Positions 36,248 through 46,226 of a DNA stretch of 64,000 bases are shown here, in pieces (position 1 is the stretch's first letter; each line of letters opens with the position of its first letter). Below the pieces are notes generated by a model. That model worked only from the letters and a program-made list of their open reading frames with translations, did not search any database and was not told the origin of the DNA. The DNA comes from Fimbriimonadia bacterium (lineage in GTDB: Bacteria > Armatimonadota > Fimbriimonadia > Fimbriimonadales > JABRVX01), in the NCBI GenBank assembly GCA_041483895.1, contig JBGPGO010000001.1, positions 64,001 through 128,000 on the forward strand. Reading direction: 5' to 3'. Position numbers and translations under genes: made by a program.

Positions 36248-37443
36248 TTGGTGCCAGGCGGCGGTGTGCCGTTGATCAGATAGGCCCGTGTCAGTTCCGC
36301 CCGGACCAGGTTTCCGGACCGGCTCAACACGATTTTGACTTTGGAGCTCGGCGGACCTTCCAGGATGTCCTTGATTTTCTGGGCGGACATCTGACGGATG
36401 TCGGTTCCGTCCACTTCTAGAATGATGTCGCCCTTCTTTATCCCAGCCTTGGCCGCCGGAGAGTCCTTCGTAACGATTGCCACATACCAGCGGTCCTTGG
36501 CTTCTTCGTAATACGCATTGATGCCGACATCCGCCTTCGGCAGCTCAATCTTGGCGGCAGGGATGCGCTCGAACCACAGCAGCCGGCGGCGATAATCGAC
36601 CGTGACGTTGAAGTTGCGAATGAACTGGATTCCGATGGTGCCACCGCTCTCGATCTCGCTGCTCGGCAGATCGTGCACGCTGAAAACCGCGTCGTCGACC
36701 GGGATGCCGCCGATGGAAAATTTGTGCGCCCACCAATCGAAGGAAGGCGTTGCGCCGCTCGCGATGCCGGATAAGTACATATAGTCCGGCGTGTCCTGCG
36801 TGAATTGGCCCATTGCCTTGAGGTGCTCCTTGTACGTGGCCATGAAGAAGGCGTTGCCGGTGTCGAAGGCCAGGGTCATCTGCTGATCGCCGAACGCTAC
36901 GTCCATATTAATCACATCCAGCCCCCGAGGGAGCATCTCAATGAGGAAGGTCTTCAGGTTATCCGGCTTCCGTTTGGAGATGTCCACCTGGGCGTCCGGA
37001 TAAAAGATCATCTTTTTGTTTTGAAAATTCAATTCGAACACATAGTTCGACAGCTGCGAAAGCCCAAGCATTGCATCGATGTGCCGACCGTAGATCTTGG
37101 TTAGGTCCCCAAGCGGCTGTTGGGGAATCTCCTGATCTTTCAGGTCAAACTTCATTTTGCCCAACGTAACCGCTTTGACCTTTACCGTCGGAACCTCGAA
37201 TGTCGTCACAAAGTCCTGCATCATCATGGTTCCCGCCTGAGGGCCCACGTTGAGCTGGTCATTGATCAGAATCGAACCGCTAAAGCCACTGTCGAAGAAG
37301 AAGCTCGCGGGCTTGCCGTTGATAGTCCCTCGGACTATGATCGCTTCGCCGTCGAAGTCCATAGGTACCTCGACGACCTCGGTCAACTTTGCGACAGTAC
37401 TCTGGGTCGCCGCAGCGAAAAGAAGCGCAAAAACTGGTGACAT
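36244..37443 (-). CDS. Secreted retropepsin-like aspartyl protease (two domains) with C-terminal PDZ
   Basis: FFDSG and AFDTG catalytic motifs, MLGL/TIGI, SPAAKAGIKKGDIILEVDG. Confidence 0.85.
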   Translation of the reverse strand: MSPVFALLFAAATQSTVAKLTEVVEVPMDFDGEAIIVRGTINGKPASFFFDSGFSGSILINDQLNVGPQAGTMMMQDFVTTFEVPTVKVKAVTLGKMKFDLKDQEIPQQPLGDLTKIYGRHIDAMLGLSQLSNYVFELNFQNKKMIFYPDAQVDISKRKPDNLKTFLIEMLPRGLDVINMDVAFGDQQMTLAFDTGNAFFMATYKEHLKAMGQFTQDTPDYMYLSGIASGATPSFDWWAHKFSIGGIPVDDAVFSVHDLPSSEIESGGTIGIQFIRNFNVTVDYRRRLLWFERIPAAKIELPKADVGINAYYEEAKDRWYVAIVTKDSPAAKAGIKKGDIILEVDGTDIRQMSAQKIKDILEGPPSSKVKIVLSRSGNLVRAELTRAYLINGTPPPGTN

Positions 37444-37445
37444 CT

Positions 37446-38201
37446 CTACCCCTTCATCCGCCCGATGAGGGCGCGCCGGTAGGCTTCATCGGGCCGCATG
37501 TGAATTCTCTCTATGTTTTCTTGGCTGAAAGGCCTCGCCCCACCGGCGGACTGGGCGACGTGCAGAATTTTTGCGGCCTTCTCCGCCATAAATGTACAAC
37601 TTAAGACTTCTTCCGGCCTCGGTCCTATCGCAATCAGACCGTGACTTTCCATTAATATACATCGTGGCGGCACTCCCTCATTCCGGATGAACTTCTCGAC
37701 GGCATCCCGGAGGGCACGGGCGAGGACAAGGCCCGGGTCCGTGTATGGCACAAAACAGGGCGTCGGACCGCAGCAAACGATGTGATCGGGAAAGAGGCGC
37801 AATGCAAGAAGATCGGACTTCTCGCTGCAGAGGAAGCCGTTGACGGTGATCGGATGGGTGTGGCCGACGAAGTTCACGTCCGGCAGTGTGAGCAGGTAGG
37901 CATGAAAGAATGCCTCCGTGGACGGCATGGCTCCCGTATCCCCTACGCGGCTTGCCTCCAGCGCCGCCTTTGCCACATCGTCGCCGGCTGCCGATGAGTT
38001 CATCGCATCCAGAAGCGGTTGAAAGCGGCACGTGATGAGGCTATCTTGGGTCATGTCGGGAAGGGAACGCCCACTGGCCTTCACCGCGAACGTGTCTTCA
38101 TCGATGCGGCAGGAGGTATTCCCTTCTCCCAAGATGACGAGGCCCTCTTCCGGTCGGCCTAGCCGCCGCGACATTTCAATCAAAGTGTCAATCTTGGTCA
38201 T
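37446..38201 (-). CDS. Class II aldolase/adducin family protein
   Basis: EGNTS, VKASG, PSTEAFFH, HTHP, MESHGLI; ATG 38201 overlaps the upstream stop. Confidence 0.88.
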   Translation of the reverse strand: MTKIDTLIEMSRRLGRPEEGLVILGEGNTSCRIDEDTFAVKASGRSLPDMTQDSLITCRFQPLLDAMNSSAAGDDVAKAALEASRVGDTGAMPSTEAFFHAYLLTLPDVNFVGHTHPITVNGFLCSEKSDLLALRLFPDHIVCCGPTPCFVPYTDPGLVLARALRDAVEKFIRNEGVPPRCILMESHGLIAIGPRPEEVLSCTFMAEKAAKILHVAQSAGGARPFSQENIERIHMRPDEAYRRALIGRMKG

Positions 38202-39184
38202 TTGCCCATCCCGCCGACTGCGGCAGCGGCGAGGATGCCGAGTGCGAACGGAGCGCAGCATATCGACAGAATCAGGATGCAGAAGGACACGATTCCCCAT
38301 GTATTCCACGCCTTTTGCACGGCTTGAAAATCCCCGATGTCTTGGAATCGGCGGGCTCGCCAGGCCATTCCGGACCCCGATATGCCGAGCCAAATGGAAA
38401 AAGCGATTCCAGCCAAAAATGCGTATTGCGAGACGGTTAGGAAGACCGTCCAAGCGGTCCCCAAATGCGCGGTGAGCTCCTGCTCCGATACATTCCCCTT
38501 GGCGCTCGTAAACTCCGGCACAAGCTTCGCGATCGAGATCGCCAACACGATGACGGGAAGGACATGAAGGGTGATCGCGACGGCGGCCTGCCAGTACAGC
38601 CGCATGCAGAGCGCCCAGATCGAGGTGAGGGCGAACGCCCCCCAATTCCATTTGCCTATGCCGTACGGAATCAGCGCGCCGCTCCCCTGGCCGGATGTGT
38701 TGGCTTCCACGCGGGGAGTCCAGGCCGGCTGCTGACCGATCAACGAAGGTACATCCTGGCGCGGCGGCGTCCAGGTCTGGGCGGTTGGCGCTGGGGACGT
38801 TTTCATCGGGTCCCACGCCGGCTGGTGGACAGTTTGCAGCTGCTGAAGAAGGTGCGCCAGGTTCGGAAGGATTGGGTCCAGGCGCTGGGCCTCTTGCGCT
38901 GCCGCGAGGGCCTCTTGTTTCCGGCCCATGGAGCTTAGCTGCGAGGCGAGGTTGAAATGGTGGCGAGCGTTCCCGGGCTCCAATCGCGCGGCCTCTTGGA
39001 ATTCCCCGACCGAATCGTCGCGCCTTTGTAGGCGACTGAGGATGACGGCACGGATTGCATGGCTTGCCGCCGATTGTGGTTCGATCTGGACGGCTGTCGT
39101 GGCGGTTGTCAGCGCCTCATTCAAAGAACCCTGATTGAGCTGCTCCTGCGCTCTCCGGCGGAGCTCCCGTGCGTCTGGGGTAAT
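38198..39184 (-). CDS. TPR-repeat membrane protein with WNWGAF (DUF2628-like) domain; probable ATT start
   Basis: N-terminal TPRs, Pro-rich linker, KWNWGAF...FQAVQKAW TM domain; frame open to ATT 39184 with GAGGTG 7 nt upstream. Confidence 0.75.
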   Translation of the reverse strand: MTPDARELRRRAQEQLNQGSLNEALTTATTAVQIEPQSAASHAIRAVILSRLQRRDDSVGEFQEAARLEPGNARHHFNLASQLSSMGRKQEALAAAQEAQRLDPILPNLAHLLQQLQTVHQPAWDPMKTSPAPTAQTWTPPRQDVPSLIGQQPAWTPRVEANTSGQGSGALIPYGIGKWNWGAFALTSIWALCMRLYWQAAVAITLHVLPVIVLAISIAKLVPEFTSAKGNVSEQELTAHLGTAWTVFLTVSQYAFLAGIAFSIWLGISGSGMAWRARRFQDIGDFQAVQKAWNTWGIVSFCILILSICCAPFALGILAAAAVGGMGK

Positions 39185-39229
39185 CCGAAGTCACCTCTCT
39201 CACAACTGTACCCGAACAAGGCTCCCTCA

Positions 39230-39298
39230 GTAACGCTGCCATCAAGGCGGCACGGTTTTGGGATCATTGGGAAGATGCCGCATGGAAGTCAGCGTTAC
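39230..39298. repeat. REP family A inverted doublet
   Basis: GTAACGCTGCCATCAAGGCGGCA (39230) and TGCCGCATGGAAGTCAGCGTTAC (39276). Confidence 0.8.
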
Positions 39299-39404
39299 GG
39301 GTTGCGGGTATTCTTGTCCGGCGAAGGGCGCGGTCTGCAAGAAGGCAGGAATCGAAACCTCGCCACAGAAATTCTTGCGTCAGCGTAGAGGGAAGGTGTA
39401 CGGA

Positions 39405-40565
39405 ATGAAGATTTTCGCAGTGCTATTGAAGATTGCCGCCGTCAGCATATTGGTTGCGGGCTGCACCAGTTCCGAGAAGTCCGGCGGGGCCGGGGATAAA
39501 GGGGACATCAAGGTCGGTCTCTACACCAGCATGACCGGCAGCGAGTCCGCCTGGGGCCAGGCATCGAAGGAGTCAGTCGATCTTGCGACGGAGGAGTTCA
39601 ACGAATCGGGTGGGCTCAACGGCCGAAAGGTCAAGATCATCCTTCAAGATACCGGAAGCCAGGCGGAACAGGCCAAGACCGTGGCTCAGCGCCTTACGGA
39701 TACTGATCAGGTGGTTGCGCTTCTTGGAGAGATCGCTTCGGGCCGGACCCAGCAGGGCGCGAGCGTTGCCCAAGCGAAGGGCATTCCCGACATCACCTCC
39801 GGTTCGACGCGTGACGATTTGGCGGCCATCGGAGATTCCTTCAATCGAGTCTGTTTCAATGACTCGATGCAGGGCAAGGTGCTCGGCCAGTTCGTCGTTG
39901 ACAAGGGTTGGAAGAAGGTCGCCCTAATGGTCGATCGAAAACAGCCCTACTCCACCGGCCTGGCCGCCCAAATCGAGAAGATCGTGACCGCCAACGGCGG
40001 TCAAATTGTTGCCACAGAGTTCTATCAAGGCGGCGATCCTGAGTTTTCCGCTCAACTCGTTAATATCAAGCAGAAGAATCCTGATGTTTTGATAATTCCG
40101 GGCTATTACACCGAGGCAGCCGCCATCTGCAAGCAGGCCCGTCAGAATGGCCTCAAGATGCAGCTTATGGGCGGGGATGGATGGAGCAATCCCGATCTCC
40201 GAAAGCAGGGCGGGCCGGATATTGTCGGGGCGATGTTTACGGATCACTTCACAAATAAAGACCCCGACCCGGTCGTTCAGGACTTCGTCAAGCGCTACCA
40301 ACAGAAATATAGCAAGAAGCCGGAAGCGATCGGCGCTCTGGCCTATGATTCTGCAAAGGTACTCTTCGATGCGATGAAGCGGGCGAAGTCGACGGATGGC
40401 GCCGCCCTAAAGAAGAGCGTACGAGAAACGAAAGACTTCCCTGGAGTGACCGGCAAGATCACCATAGACGATAAGGGCAATGCGAAGAAGCGTGTCTTGG
40501 TGGTGCGGGTGGAAGACGACGGATCGTTTTCGGTAGTGAAGGTTTACGAGCCAGACAAGCTGTAA
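39405..40565 (+). CDS. livK: Branched-chain amino acid ABC substrate-binding lipoprotein (LivK/LivJ-type)
   Basis: Lipobox VAGC; IKVG...TG, GGLNGRKV, MGGDGW, ALAYD, FPGVTGKITID. Confidence 0.88.
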   Translation: MKIFAVLLKIAAVSILVAGCTSSEKSGGAGDKGDIKVGLYTSMTGSESAWGQASKESVDLATEEFNESGGLNGRKVKIILQDTGSQAEQAKTVAQRLTDTDQVVALLGEIASGRTQQGASVAQAKGIPDITSGSTRDDLAAIGDSFNRVCFNDSMQGKVLGQFVVDKGWKKVALMVDRKQPYSTGLAAQIEKIVTANGGQIVATEFYQGGDPEFSAQLVNIKQKNPDVLIIPGYYTEAAAICKQARQNGLKMQLMGGDGWSNPDLRKQGGPDIVGAMFTDHFTNKDPDPVVQDFVKRYQQKYSKKPEAIGALAYDSAKVLFDAMKRAKSTDGAALKKSVRETKDFPGVTGKITIDDKGNAKKRVLVVRVEDDGSFSVVKVYEPDKL

Positions 40566-40605
40566 GATGCAGGATACGAGTTGCCAAGGACGGTCGCGAC
40601 GGTAG

Positions 40606-41517
40606 ATGTCATATTACATCCAGCAGCTCATTGTTGGCCTGCAGGTTGGCGCCATCTATGCGCTCCTTGCTCTGGGTTACACGATGGTGTACGGAGTGCT
40701 CCGACTGATAAATTTCGCCCACGGCGAAGTGTATATGGTCGGGGCATTCTTCACGCTTTTCATCTCCCGCTGGATTCACGCGCCGGAGGACCCGGCGCTG
40801 TGGAAGCTGTTCACAATGCTTTTCGGAGCGATGATGGTATGCGCGATTCTTGGGGCAACGATTGAGCAGGTCGCTTACCGGCCCCTTAGGAAATCCCCGC
40901 GAATCGCTTCGTTGATCACAGCCATTGGCGTGTCCTTATTGCTGCAGAATCTTGCGATTCTCGTCTTTCCCATCAATCCGCCTCCGGCCGTTGCGACAGA
41001 GGTAATTCCCTTCCAACGCAGCATACAGGTTGGCGATATTACTTTGGACATTGGCAAGATGGCGATATTTGCCGTAGCCATCGGGATGATGATCCTCCTC
41101 TGGTGGATCGTCATGAAGACCAAGATGGGACGAGGGATGCGCGCGGCGTCCCATGATTTCGATGCGGCGGCGCTGATGGGAGTCGATGTCAATAAGGTGG
41201 TTCGCTTCACGTTCATCGTCGGTTCCGCATTGGCAGGCGCGGCGGCGATGCTCAATTCCACTTTCTTGGGTACTCCGCTCCGCGTTGACTATGGACTGTT
41301 GCCAGGCGTCAAGGCCTTTACTGCCGCGGTTTTGGGCGGAATAGGAAATATTCCGGGCGCGGCGCTCGGAGGCATGCTGATGGGACTCGCCGAAACCTCC
41401 GTTTCCGCGGCCCACCTCTCCAGCTATCGAGACGCGGTCGCCTTTATCATCCTAGTTTTGGTTCTTTTGCTGCGGCCTAGCGGACTGCTCGGCAGCTCGA
41501 AAGTGGAGAAGGTCTGA
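40606..41517 (+). CDS. livH: Branched-chain amino acid ABC permease
   Basis: GAIYALLALGYTMVYGVLRLINFAHGE, KAFTAAVLGGIG. Confidence 0.95.
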   Translation: MSYYIQQLIVGLQVGAIYALLALGYTMVYGVLRLINFAHGEVYMVGAFFTLFISRWIHAPEDPALWKLFTMLFGAMMVCAILGATIEQVAYRPLRKSPRIASLITAIGVSLLLQNLAILVFPINPPPAVATEVIPFQRSIQVGDITLDIGKMAIFAVAIGMMILLWWIVMKTKMGRGMRAASHDFDAAALMGVDVNKVVRFTFIVGSALAGAAAMLNSTFLGTPLRVDYGLLPGVKAFTAAVLGGIGNIPGAALGGMLMGLAETSVSAAHLSSYRDAVAFIILVLVLLLRPSGLLGSSKVEKV

Positions 41518-42704
41518 TGGCGCGATTTTGGGCAACTCGATTGACTTCGATTGCCATCGTAATACTGCTGGCATTCGTCATCGGTCAGTATGTCGATGCG
41601 ACGATGGCATCGGGTCCGGCAAACATTGTTCGGCGCATCATCTATCTTTGCAGCCTCTATGGAATTCTTTCGGTCAGCCTAAATCTGATCAATGGCATCA
41701 CCGGGCAGTTTTCGATCGGACATGCGGCGTTCTATCAAATTGGAGCATATACAGCCGGTTTTTTGTCAAGAGGCGTCTTTACGCATTGGGGGCTGCAAGG
41801 ACCACTGCTGCTGTTGGCCTCGACGGTCACGGGGGCGCTGATGGCGGCGGTAGGAGGCTGGATTGTCGGCATGCCATCGTTGCGGCTGAAGGGCGACTAT
41901 CTTGCCATCGCGACGCTCGGCTTTGGAGAAATCGTACGAATTTTTGCCATCAATCAGGATTGGCTTGGCGGCGCGTATGGCATGTCGGGAATTCCGGCGG
42001 TCACGAAGCTTTCCTATCTCTTAATGCTCGTCGCACTCACAATCGCGATCTGCAGAAACCTGCTGCTCAGCGTGCATGGCAAGGCGTTCCTGTCTATTCG
42101 CGAAGACGAGATGGCGGCAGACGCAATGGGTGTCAACACCGCGCGCTACAAAATTTGGGCCTTTGTTATCGGAGCCGGGATGGCGGGCGCGGCGGGCGCC
42201 ATGTACGCCCATTTTGAGACCTACATCGGTCCGACCTCCTTCTTCATGGACGTATCGTTTATCGTGCTTGCCATGGTGGTCGTCGGCGGAACGGGAAGCA
42301 TTACGGGGTCGCTGGTTTCAGCGGTGCTATTGATCGTATTGCAAGAAAAACTGCGCGACCTTGGCAGCATTACGGCGGGTCCGCTCTATCTGGTAGCGCT
42401 ACTCTTATTCATTGGCGCTTATGTGGCCGCAGGACTTTGCCGGAGATTTCGTCCGAAGCCGCTGGGCGCTACCGGTATTTGGGGCGGCACGATATTATTT
42501 GCGTTGGTTGCCGGCAATCTTATCGGTCAGCGTTTGGAGGTGATTTCTACTTTCTCGCAGACGTTCGAGGCCTATCAGCTGCGGATGGTCATCTTCTCAA
42601 TCACTTTGATCGTAATAATGATCGTGCGACCGCAAGGAATGTTCGGTCACCATGAGTTCTCGTGGCAGCTATTCGCCAGAAAGAGGCGACCCGCGTTGCC
42701 ATGA
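41517..42704 (+). CDS. livM: Branched-chain amino acid ABC permease
   Basis: GQFSIGHAAF, LRLKGDYLAIATLGFGEIVR, SIREDEMAA. Confidence 0.93.
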   Translation: MARFWATRLTSIAIVILLAFVIGQYVDATMASGPANIVRRIIYLCSLYGILSVSLNLINGITGQFSIGHAAFYQIGAYTAGFLSRGVFTHWGLQGPLLLLASTVTGALMAAVGGWIVGMPSLRLKGDYLAIATLGFGEIVRIFAINQDWLGGAYGMSGIPAVTKLSYLLMLVALTIAICRNLLLSVHGKAFLSIREDEMAADAMGVNTARYKIWAFVIGAGMAGAAGAMYAHFETYIGPTSFFMDVSFIVLAMVVVGGTGSITGSLVSAVLLIVLQEKLRDLGSITAGPLYLVALLLFIGAYVAAGLCRRFRPKPLGATGIWGGTILFALVAGNLIGQRLEVISTFSQTFEAYQLRMVIFSITLIVIMIVRPQGMFGHHEFSWQLFARKRRPALP

Positions 42705-43468
42705 GCGACCTGCTGCAACTGACCGACACCACGATCCGGTTCGGCGGCCTGACGGCGGTGGACCGGCTGAACTTCACCATTCCGTCCGGCACTCTGTTCG
42801 GCCTGATCGGACCCAACGGCGCGGGAAAGACCACGGCGTTCAACATGATTACGGGGGTGTATCAGCCGACGTCGGGGGATATCGAATTCAAGGGACGATC
42901 CGTCTTGGGACGCAAGCCGTTTCAGATTGCCGGGCTCGGTATCGCCCGTACGTTCCAGAACATCCGGCTCTTCGGGGCCCTGTCCGCCCTCGAAAACGTC
43001 ATCGTCGGCGGGTTCCTCCGTCACAAAACAACGCTGGCTTCGGCCCTGCTATACTTGCCATCCGCGAAGCGGGAACTCGCGACATTCGTCAAAACGGCGA
43101 TGGACATTCTCGACACCATGAACCTTGCGGACCAGGCGCATACGCGCGCGCAGGACCTTCCCTATGGCAGGCAGCGCCGCCTGGAAATCGCCCGCGCCCT
43201 CGCAACCAACCCGGAACTGCTGCTGCTCGACGAACCCGCCGCCGGCATGAACCCGGCGGAAACCGAGGACCTGATGGCGCTCATCCGTAGGCTCCGGGAC
43301 GAATTCCATCAGACAATTTTGCTGATCGAGCACGATATGAGGGTTGTTATGGGGATTTGCGAATCGATTGTGGTATTAGACCATGGGGCCAAAATTGCCG
43401 AGGGACCGCCGGAACAGATCCGCAATGACCCGAGGGTGATAGAGGCATACCTCGGTGAATCCCATTGA
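42701..43468 (+). CDS. livG: Branched-chain amino acid ABC ATP-binding protein
   Basis: [49 protein letters not shown]. Confidence 0.95.
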   Translation: MSDLLQLTDTTIRFGGLTAVDRLNFTIPSGTLFGLIGPNGAGKTTAFNMITGVYQPTSGDIEFKGRSVLGRKPFQIAGLGIARTFQNIRLFGALSALENVIVGGFLRHKTTLASALLYLPSAKRELATFVKTAMDILDTMNLADQAHTRAQDLPYGRQRRLEIARALATNPELLLLDEPAAGMNPAETEDLMALIRRLRDEFHQTILLIEHDMRVVMGICESIVVLDHGAKIAEGPPEQIRNDPRVIEAYLGESH

Positions 43469-45195
43469 TCTTTTTGCTGGCCTCGCTTTTCTTACAACAG
43501 TCTGATCTTCGCGTGCCGTTGGAATCACATGCCGCCCTCGCCATCGGCAAGGTCGAGGTTCCAACGGACATCAAGCGCTACCAAACCGTTGACTTCGCGG
43601 TTGAATTCAAAGCCACCTATTCCAACGCTTTTCATCAAGCCCAGGCCGATCTCGTCGGCACCTTCAGCGGACCGAAGGAAACAAAGATCCCCATTCACGG
43701 CTTTTTCTATCAGGGCTACTCGCGGAAGGTGGTCGGGGGCAAAGAGGCGCTGGAAAAAACCGGCGAACCGGGCTGGATCGTGCGTTTTTCCGCGCCCCAT
43801 GCCGGTAAATGGTCGGTCCGTTTTGTCGGCCTGGACCGCATGAACAAAGTCGAGAGCCAAAGTTACAAGTTCGAAGTTGCGGATTCCAAAGACAAGGGCT
43901 ATGTCGGCCCGGCGAAAGACCGCAACTATTTTCGCTATGACGATGGTACGCCATATTTCGGCGTCGGGCTGAATTTGGCGTGGGATGGGGACAAGGGACT
44001 GGATGATTACGAGGAATGGTTTTCGAAATTGGCGGCCAACGGCGGCAACCTTGCGCGCAGCTGGTCGTTTCCGGGCGGATTTGGGCTGGAATGGAGCGAC
44101 CGGGAAGACGGCACGTGGCGGCGCGGCGCGTATTCGGGTCTCGGAAAATACAGCCTGGACAACGCCTGGCTGCTGGATCAGGTGTTCCGATTGGCGGAGA
44201 AGTACGGAATCAAGATCATCCTATGCCTGGGTACCTACGGCGAATTGAAAACCGACAAAGGGATGTGGAACGAAGGCGTCTGGGCGTCCAACCCATATAA
44301 CGCCGCTCTGGGCGGACCCTGCGCCTCGCCAAACGAAATCTTCACCGACGCCAAGGCTCGCGCCTTCTATCGCCGCCGTCTGAACTATCTTGCGGCCCGA
44401 TATGCCGCAAGCCCGGCGCTGCTATCGTGGGAGCTCTGGAACGAAGTCGACGCGCCGGACTATTGGGTGCATGAAATGGCCCAAGAATTAGCCGTCGCCG
44501 ATCCCTACGGGCATTTCGTCACGACAAGCTACGGCACGGAAGCGATTTGGAGAGACGATTACGTCAACATGGCCACCGCGCACATCTACGGCGACGGCAA
44601 AACGGCGGACCTCGCCGAGCGGATCGCCAAGATGACGTCCGATCCCAAGAAGCCGAAGATGGTGACGGAGTGCGGGATTGATTTCGCGAAACCGGACGGC
44701 GAGCACGATCCAACGCGCATGGGGATCTCCCTCAAGACCGGGCTGTGGCAGGCGGCCGCAACCAGCTGCGCCGCCGGTGCAATGAACTGGTGGTGGGACA
44801 GCTACGTCGCCAAATACGATCTGTGGAAGCTGTACAAGCCGTTCGCCGATGCGGTTGCCCGAGTTGACTGGCTGAAATCCCCCATGAAGACCGCCGAGAT
44901 CACCGAGATGCAGGGAAACGTGGCCGCCTCCGGAGTGATCGGCGACCATGCCGGACTCTTTTGGCTTCGGCAACAGGGCTACAACTGGAAGGACTGGAAA
45001 GGGACGGAGCCTCCGACGCTGCCAATGGCCCTCGAAATCCATGAGGTCAAAGACGGAAAGTGGTCGGTGACCTGGTGGGATACGGCGAAGGGGAAGGAAA
45101 TCAGCCAGGAAGAGGTTTCCTCCAACCGCGGGACGCTGTTTCTCAAGGTCCCGTCGTTCTCCTCGGATATCGCCCTGCTTCTCTCCCGTAAATAG
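43465..45195 (+). CDS. Secreted glycoside hydrolase (DUF5060 N-terminal domain plus clan GH-A/GH5-like barrel)
   Basis: GFFYQ...W.VRF.AP..G.W; WELWNE (acid/base), MVTECG (nucleophile), WWWD. Confidence 0.8.
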   Translation: MIFLLASLFLQQSDLRVPLESHAALAIGKVEVPTDIKRYQTVDFAVEFKATYSNAFHQAQADLVGTFSGPKETKIPIHGFFYQGYSRKVVGGKEALEKTGEPGWIVRFSAPHAGKWSVRFVGLDRMNKVESQSYKFEVADSKDKGYVGPAKDRNYFRYDDGTPYFGVGLNLAWDGDKGLDDYEEWFSKLAANGGNLARSWSFPGGFGLEWSDREDGTWRRGAYSGLGKYSLDNAWLLDQVFRLAEKYGIKIILCLGTYGELKTDKGMWNEGVWASNPYNAALGGPCASPNEIFTDAKARAFYRRRLNYLAARYAASPALLSWELWNEVDAPDYWVHEMAQELAVADPYGHFVTTSYGTEAIWRDDYVNMATAHIYGDGKTADLAERIAKMTSDPKKPKMVTECGIDFAKPDGEHDPTRMGISLKTGLWQAAATSCAAGAMNWWWDSYVAKYDLWKLYKPFADAVARVDWLKSPMKTAEITEMQGNVAASGVIGDHAGLFWLRQQGYNWKDWKGTEPPTLPMALEIHEVKDGKWSVTWWDTAKGKEISQEEVSSNRGTLFLKVPSFSSDIALLLSRK

Positions 45196-45220
45196 CCGAA
45201 TTGCGAAAAAAGGCGCAATG

Positions 45221-45249
45221 TTGCAAGATGGCGGCGAACCTGAGATAAT
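45221..45249 (+). promoter_or_regulatory. Sigma70-type promoter
   Basis: TTGCAA-17 bp-GATAAT with an extended TG, upstream of the small ORF at 45262. Confidence 0.55.
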
Positions 45250-45261
45250 AGTGCTATTAGC

Positions 45262-45441
45262 ATGAAAGACGATAAGTCGAGGCTGGCGATCTATGCGGTG
45301 GGTGTCGTTGTGGCGCTCTTTGCGCTTTGGTATTCGCTGTCCCATTTTAGTGGAAGCACGGAGTCGCCTGGATATAAGGTGCCGACTCCGGACAACGTCA
45401 ACCAAAACCGTCCGCCCGGTCTCGCTGGAGGTTCATCATGA
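45262..45441 (+). CDS. Small single-TM protein (59 aa), absent from the ORF track
   Basis: MKDDKSRLAIYAVGVVVALFALWYSLSHFSGSTESPGYKVPTPDNVNQNRPPGLAGGSS; its TGA overlaps the next ATG (ATGA). Confidence 0.7.
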   Translation: MKDDKSRLAIYAVGVVVALFALWYSLSHFSGSTESPGYKVPTPDNVNQNRPPGLAGGSS

Positions 45442-46181
45442 AGCGAAGCGCGTTTACGCTGATCGAGCTGCTTGTTGTTATTGCGATCATTGCCATCCTC
45501 GCCGCCATTCTCTTCCCCGTGTTTGCTCGCGCCAGGCAGAGCGCATACCGCATCGCATGCGTGAGCAATATGAACCAGATCGGCAAGGCGATCATGATGT
45601 ATGTCCAGGACTACAACTACACCTACCCCTACGGCCGGTGGAAGGTAGACGAACCGATCCCGGACAGTACGAAGGTATGGCCGTACTGGGTCGATCGGTA
45701 TATCAAGGACAAAGAGGTCCACCTTTGTCCTGCGAAGAGCCGTCCCACAAAATACGGCGATACGTGGGGTACAAGAGGAATGCTCTCTATTGGTTACAAC
45801 ATCGGTTTTGCGGCTTGGTATTACTTACCGTCGACTCCCATTATCACAAAAGAAAAATCCCTCAAGCGACTAACGAATGTGGTTGTCCTCTGCGATAGCT
45901 ATCCGGGGCCAACTATCGAGAACTTCGTTGGATATGAGGTGGACAACCTTGCCGTGAATTTGCCAAAAGATGGCGGTGGTAACAGGGTCTTCGCGATGAG
46001 CGATCGGCACAATCAAAATGTCAATATTTATCACTGCGATGGGCACGTCAAGGGCTATCGAATAGAACGCGTAATGCCCAGAGCCGGCGCAAGGGCGCCG
46101 CAAGGCTGCGTCGGTGAGGCGTATCGCGACATGAACGATGCCGAGCTGAAGTGGCTCGTTTGGGATCATTGCTTCGACTAA
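45438..46181 (+). CDS. Prepilin-type N-methylation / DUF1559 protein with H-X9-DG motif
   Basis: AFTLIELLVVIAIIAILAAILFPVFARAR...C.SN..QIG.A..MY.QDY; HNQNVNIYHCDGH. Confidence 0.93.
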   Translation: MKRSAFTLIELLVVIAIIAILAAILFPVFARARQSAYRIACVSNMNQIGKAIMMYVQDYNYTYPYGRWKVDEPIPDSTKVWPYWVDRYIKDKEVHLCPAKSRPTKYGDTWGTRGMLSIGYNIGFAAWYYLPSTPIITKEKSLKRLTNVVVLCDSYPGPTIENFVGYEVDNLAVNLPKDGGGNRVFAMSDRHNQNVNIYHCDGHVKGYRIERVMPRAGARAPQGCVGEAYRDMNDAELKWLVWDHCFD

Positions 46182-46226
46182 TCCCGGTGTCGTTCAGAAT
46201 TCGTGAATCTTCGGATTGATCGGGGA

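Noticed and set aside
39248..39263. GGCAC-N-TTTTGG as a sigma54 promoter
   Set aside because: It lacks the -12 GC and lies within a REP copy.
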